The notes under the pieces: model-generated | Told to the model about the DNA's origin: nothing | The model's database searches: none | What the model saw: only the letters and a program-made list of their open reading frames with translations | From: Candidatus Kerfeldbacteria bacterium | Lineage (GTDB): Bacteria; Patescibacteriota; Patescibacteriia; SBBC01 | Direction: 5' to 3' | Assembly: GCA_016207275.1 (NCBI GenBank) | Contig: JACQPY010000007.1 | Coordinates: 10,265 to 74,264 of the forward strand | Length of the DNA: 64,000 bases | In this document: piece by piece, positions 45,560 to 55,456 of the stretch | How positions within the stretch are numbered: position 1 is the stretch's first letter | Layout: each line of letters starts with the position of its first letter | Program-made: the position numbers and the translations under genes

Positions 45560-47589
45560 GGTTGCGCCAGGTGATTCAGGAGTTCGCCAATCAGTCGGCG
45601 GAGTAGGTCCACGTACCGCCGCCGATTCGGGTCGCGTGGTCCGAGGTTGACCAGGGTAATCGCCAGAATGTCGAGTGCGCTCCGCAGCTCGAAGGTCGGG
45701 AGCGAAGCTCGTACCTGGTGACGCTGTTGTTGGTTGAGTGACTGGAGATAGGCTTGGGTGAATCGTTCTCGCAGTCGGTTGATGACGCCAGGGACGAGGT
45801 GACCGTGGAGCATGACGTTAAGGTGCATGCGGAATATACCGAGGTCTATGGCTGGATGTCCGATGCCGCTCTGGGTGAAGTCTATCAGCCCAATCCCGGA
45901 CGGAACGGCGATGATATTGCTGGCCTGAAAGTCGTGATGGACCAAGGCGCGCCGATCGTACCAGCGGGTTCGTTCCGCGGCCGTGATGGACTGGAACGTT
46001 TTTCTGAGGTTTAGAAGTGCCCCGGGCCCACCTTGCTTAATCTGTCGTTCCAGCCGACGCAGGAAACGCCGTTCCGCTGACCAGGTTAAGTGTCGCAGGC
46101 CCGCGGTCGGGACCCGCTGGAATCGGGCTAAGGCGCGGCCCGCCGCCACCACGAGTTTGGCAAAATGACCTGAACGGAAGGGGACCAGCCGCAGCGGAGC
46201 GCCGACTAACTCTTCGTAAAAGACGTACCTGAGCTGTGGTTCATACCGTAGCGGCCGAATACTGGCGAAGCCCTGGCGGTGCTGCCAAACGCGGGCCATC
46301 ACTGCAAAACTCGCGTGATCAATCCGATTCCCCCGGACTAGCCTGTAACTGGTCTGGCCGTCCGGCCAGACGATATTCAGTCGGTAGCGCATCAGGTAGC
46401 TCTGTATCGACAGGGCGCGGTGGTGCTCGAGCTGGAGCCGAGCCAGCGTCTGCGCCCCCGGGAAAAACTGTTTGAGGTGGGTGGTAAAGTAGGCCTGCAT
46501 GGTACCGCGGTTTTGCAGGGCGCGCGGCAAGGTAGCGGGCCTGACCGCGGATAGCGCGAGCGGTGGCGGGAAACGGCCGCCAATCAGCAGCTGTTCGGCG
46601 GTGATCAAGGCGGCTCGCGCTATCCGGCGGCCAAGCGCGGGGCGAATAGACAAGGTATAGGCCAGAACCTGCAGGCTCCACCAGGCGCGGTGGAGCTTGA
46701 TCCGTTGGCCTGCCTGCGGTCCGACCTCGACGAGGGCCGGCCGGTAACCAGTCATAAAAGCTCGTCCGAGCCGTTGGGCGAAGCGTCGGCGGCAGCGGCC
46801 TTTCCAGACGAGCAAGTCGACTTGGGCAAAGAAATTGCCTACATCGCTCAAAGGGTCAAAGGTGACGCTGTTGCCAAAGTCAATAAAAGCCGTGCTGCCG
46901 TCGCGGCTGGCAATGATGTTGTCGAGGTTGAGGTCGCCGTGGATGGTGCGGAAGTATCGGCCGTAGCGGCGACCGACCTCAACCTGGGCAGCGGTGGCGG
47001 CCTGGAGAAGCCGGACTGCGTGCTCGAGGTATGCCGGCGCCGCTCGGACAACGTCATCACGGAAGTAGTTGGCGTCCCGTTCAATGCGGGCCGGCGTTCG
47101 TCGCGGACTGGTCTGGAGGCGCAGCCGGTGCAGCCGAGCCAGCCACCGGCCGGCGTCGCGGGCCGTCGCGACGGCCAGCGAACCGCCCCGTTCGATCAGC
47201 CGCTCGAGCGGTATGCCTGGCGAATCTTGGTACAGGTGGAGTCGGAGGCGACGAACCACGCCAAATGAGGCCGGAGCGCGCAGCCGGTCGGCCGAAAAAC
47301 TGGACCGCGTCAGCACCTGCTGTAACCGGTCGGCGATCGACGCTTCGTTGCCCGTGTCCTTACTCGGAATGTTGCCGCGGATGATGTGCCGCATCGTCCG
47401 GCCGCCGGGGCGGCGGAGCGTCAGATCGTAGCGAAGTGAGTGCTTAAAGGAAAAGCGACCGATTTCGCGGGCGCTGGCCGACCGGAGCGTGGTGCCAGGC
47501 GGGTAGGCGCGACGGACGATCCGCGACAGCAGCGGGCGCATGGCCTGAATCGTTCGGGCTTGCCGGACGAGCTTGCCCTCGGTCGTCAT
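45556..47589 (-). CDS. Tandem aminoglycoside-phosphotransferase-fold kinase
   Basis: Two Brenner-type motif sets: HGDLNLDNI..IDFG and HHDFQASNI..IDFT. Confidence 0.82.
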   Translation of the reverse strand: MTTEGKLVRQARTIQAMRPLLSRIVRRAYPPGTTLRSASAREIGRFSFKHSLRYDLTLRRPGGRTMRHIIRGNIPSKDTGNEASIADRLQQVLTRSSFSADRLRAPASFGVVRRLRLHLYQDSPGIPLERLIERGGSLAVATARDAGRWLARLHRLRLQTSPRRTPARIERDANYFRDDVVRAAPAYLEHAVRLLQAATAAQVEVGRRYGRYFRTIHGDLNLDNIIASRDGSTAFIDFGNSVTFDPLSDVGNFFAQVDLLVWKGRCRRRFAQRLGRAFMTGYRPALVEVGPQAGQRIKLHRAWWSLQVLAYTLSIRPALGRRIARAALITAEQLLIGGRFPPPLALSAVRPATLPRALQNRGTMQAYFTTHLKQFFPGAQTLARLQLEHHRALSIQSYLMRYRLNIVWPDGQTSYRLVRGNRIDHASFAVMARVWQHRQGFASIRPLRYEPQLRYVFYEELVGAPLRLVPFRSGHFAKLVVAAGRALARFQRVPTAGLRHLTWSAERRFLRRLERQIKQGGPGALLNLRKTFQSITAAERTRWYDRRALVHHDFQASNIIAVPSGIGLIDFTQSGIGHPAIDLGIFRMHLNVMLHGHLVPGVINRLRERFTQAYLQSLNQQQRHQVRASLPTFELRSALDILAITLVNLGPRDPNRRRYVDLLRRLIGELLNHLAQP

Positions 47590-48959
47590 GGCTTGGTCGA
47601 GCTCGGCTGTTCGTACCGGCGCAGTTCTTTAATTCGGTCGCGGAGTTGCGCCGCCCGTTCGAACTCTTGTCGACTCGCCACCAAGGCCATCTCCTTTTCC
47701 AGGTTTTTGATGATTTTCTCGATCTCCCGTTTTGGCAACGTCGGCATGCCCTCGTCGGTACGTTGGCGGATTTCCTCGTCTTCCTGTTTCGACAGCGCCT
47801 CGACAATGCCCTCCCGCTGCCAATCGAAGCCGGTAAAGACGATTCGCTGGTAGAGATCAGTCGCCCGGCGTTTAGCCTCGTCGCTCGCGCCCGGCGTTTT
47901 CAGGACTACATCTCTCAGTTCCTTGGCTCCGCGCTCGATCATTTCCAGCGACCACCACGGCTTGGCCGAGGCCCACCAGTACTGATCAGAGTGCAGCGCT
48001 CGGTCCAGCAGCTGGCGGGCTTCAGCGTAACTTGGGCCGGTAGCGCTAGCGGCCCCGAGGGTGGCGATCGCCAGATCAGTCAGCTGCCACTGCAGCTGGT
48101 GAATAGTGTTGTCCTGATCGTCCCAGCGGGCGAAGGGGACGCTGCGCTCCAAGTCCTTTTCCATCAACGCCCAGGTTGACGGCAAGAGGCTGACCGAGGC
48201 GGTCGCGGTGAAGCGCTGCGGCAAATCAGAAATCAGCACGGTTTCCAGGAGCTTCGATTCGTAGACTTCGAAAAGGAGGTGCTCCATGCCCGGTCGGTGG
48301 TGGCCAAACGTTTCACCATCCATCGCCGTTAGGAGGTACTCGTGGCGTTGGAGCCGGTCGCCCAAACCTTCGATTAAGAGGTTGCCGGTGCCGAGCTGAC
48401 CAGAGAGAATTTTGTAGCTCATCCGCCGTTCGCGGAAGTAGATTTTCAAGGCCGGGGCGTCGGCATTGGTGTAGATTTTGGCGTAGTCAATTTTGCCGAG
48501 TTGGCGGTTAAAAGATAACTCATCGCAGATAATCCATTCAAAGCCGAGCCGGGACACGACTTCAGCCACGTGTTTTGAGATGCCCATTTCCGGTGGGAAA
48601 AATCCACGCGGTCGGTAGAGGTCGCCGAAGTACTGGCGATGTGTTTGAGTATTGAGCTCAATTTGCCGGATAATTTCTTGATCCGGAAGTCGGGGGAGCA
48701 GGGGATGGAACTTGGCCGAACCGGTCAGCTCGATTTGTCCGCATTTCAGCAGTTCGCGGACGAGGTCAATGACATCGGTCGCGCCGTTCTGTTCCCACAG
48801 CTCGACCAAAATGGAGCTGATATTCATGGTGGTCCGCGCGTGCGCGTGTTCGAGCATGCCGCGGAGAATTGGTCGGTACGACTCGGCCGTGATTTTTTTC
48901 ACCCAAAACAGCTTCTGGGTCGGCGGTTGGTAGAAGTGCAGGAAGTTGGCCCAAATCAT
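47586..48959 (-). CDS. GH57 family protein with C-terminal UVR (UvrB/C) motif
   Basis: HFYQP, GFFPPEM, DGETFGHH and SDQYWW motifs; tail LEKEM....QEFERAAQLRDRIKEL. Confidence 0.9.
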   Translation of the reverse strand: MIWANFLHFYQPPTQKLFWVKKITAESYRPILRGMLEHAHARTTMNISSILVELWEQNGATDVIDLVRELLKCGQIELTGSAKFHPLLPRLPDQEIIRQIELNTQTHRQYFGDLYRPRGFFPPEMGISKHVAEVVSRLGFEWIICDELSFNRQLGKIDYAKIYTNADAPALKIYFRERRMSYKILSGQLGTGNLLIEGLGDRLQRHEYLLTAMDGETFGHHRPGMEHLLFEVYESKLLETVLISDLPQRFTATASVSLLPSTWALMEKDLERSVPFARWDDQDNTIHQLQWQLTDLAIATLGAASATGPSYAEARQLLDRALHSDQYWWASAKPWWSLEMIERGAKELRDVVLKTPGASDEAKRRATDLYQRIVFTGFDWQREGIVEALSKQEDEEIRQRTDEGMPTLPKREIEKIIKNLEKEMALVASRQEFERAAQLRDRIKELRRYEQPSSTKP

Positions 48960-49158
48960 ATACTCGGGTGTGAAACCTTCCCCGACTGGATCGGGGATTT
49001 CCCCCTCCGATGCTCCCCCCTTCCCTTTAGGGTGTCGACCCTTGCGGCTCCGCTAGGGTCCCGTCCGTTGGACACCCTGATCGTCGCCGCTGCAGGTCGA
49101 CGGGTTGTTATACAAAAGCCTAAGATTAGCATGACGTAGTTGGAGCCTTTTGATGCTT

Positions 49159-50376
49159 TTAGTTTACACTTTTTCCGCCGAGGTAGCGAGGCATTGGCTC
49201 GTGGCGCATGAAGCGCTTGAGGTGACGGTCGGCGGCGCCGGAAGCGTGCCAGCGATGAGCGGTGTTTTTGATGCTCCCGACCAACCTACGGACTCGTTCG
49301 AGGGTCGAGTGCGGCGGGCTGAGCTCCTCAGCCAGAAGCCGCAGCCGTTCGGCGGCCTGCATAATGATGTCGACGTCCCACCACGGCTCGCGTGAGGCCC
49401 ACCAGTACCAGTCGCTAGCCATCGTCTGGTCGAATTCGGTCCGGATCGGCCGGGGCAGTCGGTCGCGGCGTTCGTGGTGGTAGACTAACTTGAGCACGGT
49501 GGTAAACAGCGCCCATTGGAGCTGGTGCAGGTGATTTGCGGGGTTTCGCCAGAGGACAAAGGGCACGTCGCGAGCCAGGTCGGCTGGCCGACTGGACCAG
49601 CTGGCCGCCCGCGGCCGGACGGTGCGCGGACCGTCGAGCGATTTAAGCACCTCCGAGATGGTCACCGTTTCGACGGTGGGAAGCCGGACCAGGTGCTGCC
49701 ACATTTTTTTGGCCGCCCGCCGGTGGTGGCCAAGGTTTTCGCCGTCCATCGCCGTGATCAGTAGACTCTTCTGCCCGTTCCATCGCTGGACCGTCGAGAA
49801 GAACTTGTGAACGTCCCCAGGTTGCGCTTCGAACGCCAGGTAGTCGCTGACAAAGCGGTTGCGGAAAACGGCGGTCAGGGTCGTGCCGGCGATTCGGTAC
49901 TGTTGTTCGTAGTTAACCAGTCCCGGGTGACTGATCCCGTCAAGGATAACCCAGCGGTAGCCGAGCTGGCTGAGCCACCGGCCGAGCTTGGCATTGTAGG
50001 CCATCTCCGGCGGAAAGAAGCCGGCCGGCCGGTAGGCCGAACCAAAGGCTCGCCGGTTGGTGGCCCGGTTGAGAGTTACTTGACGCCGAACCTCGGCTTC
50101 CGGCAGGAGCGGCAGAATCGCGTGGTACATCGCCGAGTCGGTCAGTTCGACCTGGCCCCGCTGCAAGAGTCGACGGAGCCCGGTCACGATTGGCCGAAAG
50201 GCTCGCTGCTGCAGCTGCTCGGTCAGCGAGCCGGCAATATTAATGGTCACCCGCACGTCACGGTGGCTGAGCAAAAACGAGATCAGCGGGCGGTAGCTTT
50301 CCCGCGCCACTTTAGCGATGACGCGCGTCGGCCAGTGCGGCGGCTGGTAGAGGTGAAAGAAGTTAGCCCAGCGCAT
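49159..50376 (-). CDS. GH57 family glycoside hydrolase
   Basis: HLYQP, GFFPPEMA, DGENLGHH and SDWYWW motifs. Confidence 0.9.
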   Translation of the reverse strand: MRWANFFHLYQPPHWPTRVIAKVARESYRPLISFLLSHRDVRVTINIAGSLTEQLQQRAFRPIVTGLRRLLQRGQVELTDSAMYHAILPLLPEAEVRRQVTLNRATNRRAFGSAYRPAGFFPPEMAYNAKLGRWLSQLGYRWVILDGISHPGLVNYEQQYRIAGTTLTAVFRNRFVSDYLAFEAQPGDVHKFFSTVQRWNGQKSLLITAMDGENLGHHRRAAKKMWQHLVRLPTVETVTISEVLKSLDGPRTVRPRAASWSSRPADLARDVPFVLWRNPANHLHQLQWALFTTVLKLVYHHERRDRLPRPIRTEFDQTMASDWYWWASREPWWDVDIIMQAAERLRLLAEELSPPHSTLERVRRLVGSIKNTAHRWHASGAADRHLKRFMRHEPMPRYLGGKSVN

Positions 50377-51853
50377 CAGAACGTTCGTGTGATCGTTGTT
50401 TTTGCAGCACCATCGCCTGTCGGTACAGCTCGACGTACTTCTCGGCCGGGATGTCCCAAGAATACGATTCTTGCATGGCTTGCCAGGCGAGGTGCTCCCA
50501 CACCTGCGGGTACTTGAAGGTTTCCAGGGCGCGGACGATTGCCACCAGCAGGTCGTCCGAGGCGTAGCGCGAAAAAACAAAACCCGTACCTTTGCCAGTG
50601 CGCGGATCGAAGTCCTCGATCGTGTCGGATAGGCCGCCGGTTTTGCGGACGATGGGAATGGAGCCATAGCGCAGGCTGATGAGCTGGGACATGCCGCACG
50701 GTTCGTAGCGGCTGGGCATCAAGAACATGTCTGAGCCGGCGTAAACCCGAGAGCCGAGTTCTTCGGTGAATGGCGTGAGCAAGGCGATGCGGCCGGGATA
50801 GGTCCGAGCTGCCCGCCTGAAAATGTTGACGTAGTCTCGGTCACCGGTGCCGACAATGACCATTTGGAGGGGCAGCTGCATCAGAACCGGCAGGATGTTT
50901 TTGATTAAGTCAAAGCCCTTCTGCTCGGTCAAACGATGAACCAGCCCGATCAGGGGAATATCGTCGCGCGGCTCGAGGCCGATCATTTTCTGAAGCTCGC
51001 CTTTGTTCTGACGCTTGCGGTCGAGAGAGTTCCAATCGTAGGGGTGCCACAGGTGCGAGTCAAACTGCGGGTTGTAGACTTGGTAGTCAATGCCGTTGAT
51101 GATTCCGAAGACATCTTTCTGACGACGGCGAAGGAGGCGGTCGAGGCCCTGACCGTACTCCGGGGTTAAAATTTCTTGGGCGTACCGGACGCTGACGGTA
51201 TTGATCGCGTCAGCGTAACGAATGCCCCGCTTGGCGAAGTTGACCCACCGGATTTTGGCACTGCTTTTCGGCAGCGGGCCGAGTCCGACATCAACTTTAT
51301 CTGACGGACCCTGCCACCAGTTTCCCTGCATTTGGAAGAGTAAGTTATGGATGGTGACGACGGTTGCCGTTTTGCTGAAAAACGGATTATCCTGCTCACG
51401 GGTCCGGAGAATATTTGGGATGATGGCGGTGTGCCAATCGTGGCAGTGAATGACGTCGGGTGGTTCGCCGAGGCGTTGGGCCAGCTGGACGACCGCCATC
51501 GAGAAGACGGCGAAGCGGAGGGCGTCGTTGTCGTGCCCGTACATGTAGACTTGATACCGGCCGTACAACTCCTCGCTACAAATAAAGTAGATGTCCAGAC
51601 CTTCGCGGAGTTTAAGGTGTTTAGTTTTTAGGTGGTAGGTGCCATCGCCGATCGCCACGTCGAACTCGATTCCCGGCTGATCGTAAGGAATCTCGGCGTT
51701 CTTCATGAAGCCGTAGAACGGCGTGACTGAGACGATCCGGTGTCCGAGCTTCGCCAGGTGTTTTGGCAAGGCGGCGGCCACGTCGCCTAAGCCGCCACTT
51801 TTCGAGTAGGGTGAGACTTCGGCGCTGGCGCTCAGGATAAAGAGGGGGTTCAT
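50363..51853 (-). CDS. glgA: Glycogen synthase (GT5)
   Basis: KSGGLGDV, HCHDWH and PSRYEPCGMSQL motifs. Confidence 0.95.
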   Translation of the reverse strand: MNPLFILSASAEVSPYSKSGGLGDVAAALPKHLAKLGHRIVSVTPFYGFMKNAEIPYDQPGIEFDVAIGDGTYHLKTKHLKLREGLDIYFICSEELYGRYQVYMYGHDNDALRFAVFSMAVVQLAQRLGEPPDVIHCHDWHTAIIPNILRTREQDNPFFSKTATVVTIHNLLFQMQGNWWQGPSDKVDVGLGPLPKSSAKIRWVNFAKRGIRYADAINTVSVRYAQEILTPEYGQGLDRLLRRRQKDVFGIINGIDYQVYNPQFDSHLWHPYDWNSLDRKRQNKGELQKMIGLEPRDDIPLIGLVHRLTEQKGFDLIKNILPVLMQLPLQMVIVGTGDRDYVNIFRRAARTYPGRIALLTPFTEELGSRVYAGSDMFLMPSRYEPCGMSQLISLRYGSIPIVRKTGGLSDTIEDFDPRTGKGTGFVFSRYASDDLLVAIVRALETFKYPQVWEHLAWQAMQESYSWDIPAEKYVELYRQAMVLQKQRSHERSDALG

Positions 51854-52935
51854 GAGGTTAGCGGAATGTCCAGCTCATTGGCGGCCAGCACGAACATGGC
51901 GTGGCTCCAGACGAGGGGGGAGATGCCAATCCGGAAGTCGCTAAACAGTTGCTCGGGGAGGTACCGATCGACGCGGTCAATGACCCAGTTAAAGTAGGCC
52001 TCAGCCTTTTCTCGATCCCCGGCGCGGTTCAGGACGATCGCCAACCAGAAGTTGAGCACCGGCCAAGCGCCGCCGCCTTCCCAGGCCGAACCTTCCGAAT
52101 CGAAGTAGTCAAACTGGTAGCGGTGGACGCCGCCGTCAACCACCAGCGTCCGTTCGATTGTTTGGATGGTGCTGAGCATGCGCTCGTCGTTGGGTTCAAC
52201 CATCTCGAACGGCCAGCCTAAGCCGAGAACTGAAGCGTCGATGTTGGCGTCGTCAATCTTACCGTGGTTGCGCAGGAAGTAGCCGCGCTGCTCATCGTAG
52301 GCCTCGTCGACCTCCTTTTCCATTTCTTGGGCGGTTTGCTTCCAGAGCTTGTGCGGCCAGAGTTCGTTGGCCAGGAAGAGTCCTCGGCTGCAGGCGGCGA
52401 TCGAGTAGGTGAAGTTGTTTTCCACCCGAGACGAGGTCTGGCGAAAGCCGTCTTCCCAGAGATCGACGGTGTTGGGCAGAAAGTACGTTTTGTTCCAGGC
52501 CGCGGTTAAGCCGTCGCACAACCGATCAACCAATGCTCGGAACTGGTTTGCCCGCTTCCCATCGCCATGACAGTACTGGTGGATGGCCCATAAGACCGTG
52601 CCCATTTGGTCTGGTTGGAACATTCGGCCCATGCTGCCGATCCGTCCGTTGGTCGAGTAGTTGGAGAATAACAGGCGGTCTTTCTGAAAATCCTCTGGTT
52701 TTGTTTCCAGCCAGCGAAAGAACGACTCGGCCGCAGGCAATCCCAGCTTTTCCGCGGCCAGGGCAGTGAAGCAGGCATCACGCGGCCAGACGTAGCGGTA
52801 GTCAGCCGCCTCTCGCGGGTAGTAGGGTTTGTCCGAGTTGGCGGCGACGATCGCGCCGTTATCGAGCATGGCGTCGTCAATGACCTGGCGCGACGATTCG
52901 AGCAGGCGAGTGATTTTGGCGCGGCGATCAGTCAT
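51850..52935 (-). CDS. GH15 glucoamylase-like protein
   Basis: YRYVWPRDA, QPDQ, DLWE, LPEQ and PLVWSHAM motifs. Confidence 0.9.
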   Translation of the reverse strand: MTDRRAKITRLLESSRQVIDDAMLDNGAIVAANSDKPYYPREAADYRYVWPRDACFTALAAEKLGLPAAESFFRWLETKPEDFQKDRLLFSNYSTNGRIGSMGRMFQPDQMGTVLWAIHQYCHGDGKRANQFRALVDRLCDGLTAAWNKTYFLPNTVDLWEDGFRQTSSRVENNFTYSIAACSRGLFLANELWPHKLWKQTAQEMEKEVDEAYDEQRGYFLRNHGKIDDANIDASVLGLGWPFEMVEPNDERMLSTIQTIERTLVVDGGVHRYQFDYFDSEGSAWEGGGAWPVLNFWLAIVLNRAGDREKAEAYFNWVIDRVDRYLPEQLFSDFRIGISPLVWSHAMFVLAANELDIPLTS

Positions 52936-53431
52936 ACCGGCCGGGCCGCGTGCCGCAGACTGCCACGGCCACCGCGTCAGCGGCGTCGTCCGGATGCGGC
53001 GGGCGGTCGAGTTTGAACAACAGCTGGAGCATGCGCTGGACTTGTCGTTTATTAGCTTGACCGTAGCCGGTCACCGATTGCTTAACGGTCAGGGGCGAGA
53101 ACTCCTGGATCGGTAGCCGATGTTCAGCCGCCGCCAGCATCACCACGCCACGCGCCTGACTGACGACCATGGCCGTTTTGACGTTGGTGGAGAAGAACAA
53201 CTGCTCGACCGCCATTCGGTCGGGGCGGTGCTTGGTCATCAGGTCGTGGAGGTTACGATGAAGCGTTGCTAGTCGCTGGCCAACTGGTTGACGGGCTGGC
53301 GTTTCGATGGTCCCGCAGGTCTTGAGCGAGAGTGAGCCGTCAGCCAGTCGAACTACGCCGTAGCCAGTTCGACCGAGGCCGGGATCGATACCCAGCACAA
53401 TTAGTTCAGATGGCGGCGTTCGTGGCGACAT
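52928..53431 (-). CDS. ruvC: Crossover junction endodeoxyribonuclease RuvC
   Basis: LGIDPGL, AVEQLFF, ARGV and DDAADAVAVA motifs; start uncertain (53431 or 53398). Confidence 0.96.
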   Translation of the reverse strand: MSPRTPPSELIVLGIDPGLGRTGYGVVRLADGSLSLKTCGTIETPARQPVGQRLATLHRNLHDLMTKHRPDRMAVEQLFFSTNVKTAMVVSQARGVVMLAAAEHRLPIQEFSPLTVKQSVTGYGQANKRQVQRMLQLLFKLDRPPHPDDAADAVAVAVCGTRPGRYD

Positions 53432-54122
53432 CGTTGATATCCTGAAGGTCTTCGAGAGCCAGGAGAAAGTCGGTAACTTTTTCCCGCTGGTCGGCCGGCG
53501 GTGCCATGACGGTAGTTGGAACGAGGGCCAGTTCGGCGTTGAGTACTTCGGCACCGGCCGCCGTCACCGCGTCGCGCACGGCTGCTAGGGCAGTCGGCGA
53601 AGTATAGACGATGACGGAATCGCCTTCCTCGACTACATCCGCGGCGCCGGCGTCAATGGCCGCAAGCTCAACAGCCTCGCGATTGGCGTTGCGCTTGACT
53701 TCAACAAAGCCCCGACGCGCAAACATCCACCGGACGCTGTTGGTGTGGCCAAGGCGGCCGCCGTACTCGGTAAAAACTCGGCGTAGTTCGCCGGCCGTGC
53801 GGTGGCGGTTGTCCGTGAGGGCCTCGACTACCACGGCAATGCCGCCCGGCCCGTAGCCCTCGTAGGTGACCGTGGCCATCGGCCGGTCAGTCGCTTCGCC
53901 GCTGCCGCGTTTGATTGCCCGTTCGACGTTGTCTTTCGGCATGTTGGCAGCGCGGGCCTTCTCGATCGTCAAGCGAAGACGAAAATTGATCGCCGGGTCC
54001 GGGCCACCCTCGCGAGCGGCAATGGTAATGGCGTTTGCCAATTTGGTGAAAGCGATTCCTTTTTTGAGGTCAGCCGTTCCTTTTTGGCGTTTGATTTGTG
54101 CCCATTTCGAATGTCCAGACAT
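53406..54122 (-). CDS. yebC: YebC/PmpR family protein
   Basis: MSGHSKWAQIK, YEGYGPGG and TDN..RT motifs. Confidence 0.97.
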   Translation of the reverse strand: MSGHSKWAQIKRQKGTADLKKGIAFTKLANAITIAAREGGPDPAINFRLRLTIEKARAANMPKDNVERAIKRGSGEATDRPMATVTYEGYGPGGIAVVVEALTDNRHRTAGELRRVFTEYGGRLGHTNSVRWMFARRGFVEVKRNANREAVELAAIDAGAADVVEEGDSVIVYTSPTALAAVRDAVTAAGAEVLNAELALVPTTVMAPPADQREKVTDFLLALEDLQDINDVATNAAI

Positions 54123-54288
54123 ACAACGATGATGATCCGATTTCGTTCGGATCACACGGCCAGGTCAATCGTGAAGTACCGTGCATTGTATCATTTTTTT
54201 GCATGCTCGTCAATCAAATGGCAGTCGGATAACTTGCATATCGGGTAGCGTTTGCTAAAGTACTGACGTACACTTGAATGCTCGACGC

Positions 54289-55365
54289 ATGCCGCACCGG
54301 CTAGACACTACACGTTTGTACCGATCCCGCGCCCGGCAGCTGGTGCTGGCGTCGTTGCGTTCGTTCGCCGAGCAGTGTCGTCGTGGATTTGCCGAGGCGC
54401 GAGCGGTAACGTTTCCCGCCTCGTTTCGGAAGATCGACCAGGTCGTGGTCGTCGGCATGGGCGGTTCGGCGCTGGGCAGCGACGTTATTCGGAGCGTGTT
54501 TTTTGATCAGCTGCGCCTGCCGCTGACCGTGGTCAACGGCTATGCCTTGCCGCGCTCGGTTACGTCGCGCACGCTCGTAATCCTGTCGAGCTACTCGGGT
54601 ACAACCGAGGAGGTACTGGCGGCGGCGGCCAGCGCCCACCGTCACCGCGCCCGGATTACGGGTTTGACCGTAGGCGGCCCGCTCGGTACCTGGTTTCGCC
54701 GCCACCAGTTGCCGTGGTACCGAATTGACGGCGGCGCCAACCCGGCGGGGCAGCCGCGCCTCGGCTTAGGCTACAGCATCATGGGTCAGCTCGGGTTGCT
54801 GGCAGGCTTAGGACTAATTCGCCTGCCAGGCCGGGCGGTGACTTCCCTGGCGGCCTACCTGGAACGCCGCGCCTGGGATTTTGACGTAGCCCGACCAAAA
54901 CGGACCAATCCTGCCAAGCAGCTGGCCGTAACACTCCGAACCTCGTTGCCGATTGTGGTTGGGGCGGAGCACTTGAGCGGCAGCGTCCACGCGATGGCCA
55001 ATCAATTGAACGAAACCGCCAAGACGTTGGCCGTACCCTTCCAGCTGCCAGAACTTAATCACCATCTCCTCGAAGGGTTGCGTTGGCCGCGCGCTGTTCG
55101 GCAAGCCACGATGGTGCTGTTCCGATCAGACCTCTACCACCGGCGCGTGGCCACCCGCGTTCGAGTTACTGCTGAGTTGGCTGAACGAGCGGGGCTACGG
55201 GCAACCGTGGTCCCCGTCCACGGTATGGATCGCCTGACCCAAGCGTTCGATCTCCTTGTCTTCGCCGGCTACGTCAGCTTGTACCTCGCCGTAGTGCACG
55301 GCGTCGATCCGTTAGCTATTCCGACGGTCGACGAGCTGAAGCGCCGGCTGCACCGCGCGGCCTAG
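54289..55365 (+). CDS. Bifunctional phosphoglucose/phosphomannose isomerase (SIS domain)
   Basis: GMGGS, SSYSGTTEE, QPR, NETAK and PELNHH motifs. Confidence 0.92.
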   Translation: MPHRLDTTRLYRSRARQLVLASLRSFAEQCRRGFAEARAVTFPASFRKIDQVVVVGMGGSALGSDVIRSVFFDQLRLPLTVVNGYALPRSVTSRTLVILSSYSGTTEEVLAAAASAHRHRARITGLTVGGPLGTWFRRHQLPWYRIDGGANPAGQPRLGLGYSIMGQLGLLAGLGLIRLPGRAVTSLAAYLERRAWDFDVARPKRTNPAKQLAVTLRTSLPIVVGAEHLSGSVHAMANQLNETAKTLAVPFQLPELNHHLLEGLRWPRAVRQATMVLFRSDLYHRRVATRVRVTAELAERAGLRATVVPVHGMDRLTQAFDLLVFAGYVSLYLAVVHGVDPLAIPTVDELKRRLHRAA

Positions 55366-55456
55366 TTCGTCGGACATCGTCGCCTCCGGTCGTCCATGCT
55401 TGGGTCGGAGGCGACGATGTCTTGGCTCACTGCCGTCGTGGCGGTATACTTTTAGT

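Noticed and set aside
48960-49140. Cobalamin or c-di-AMP riboswitch
   Set aside because: Only an AAAGGGAA fragment matches; the other conserved motifs are absent.
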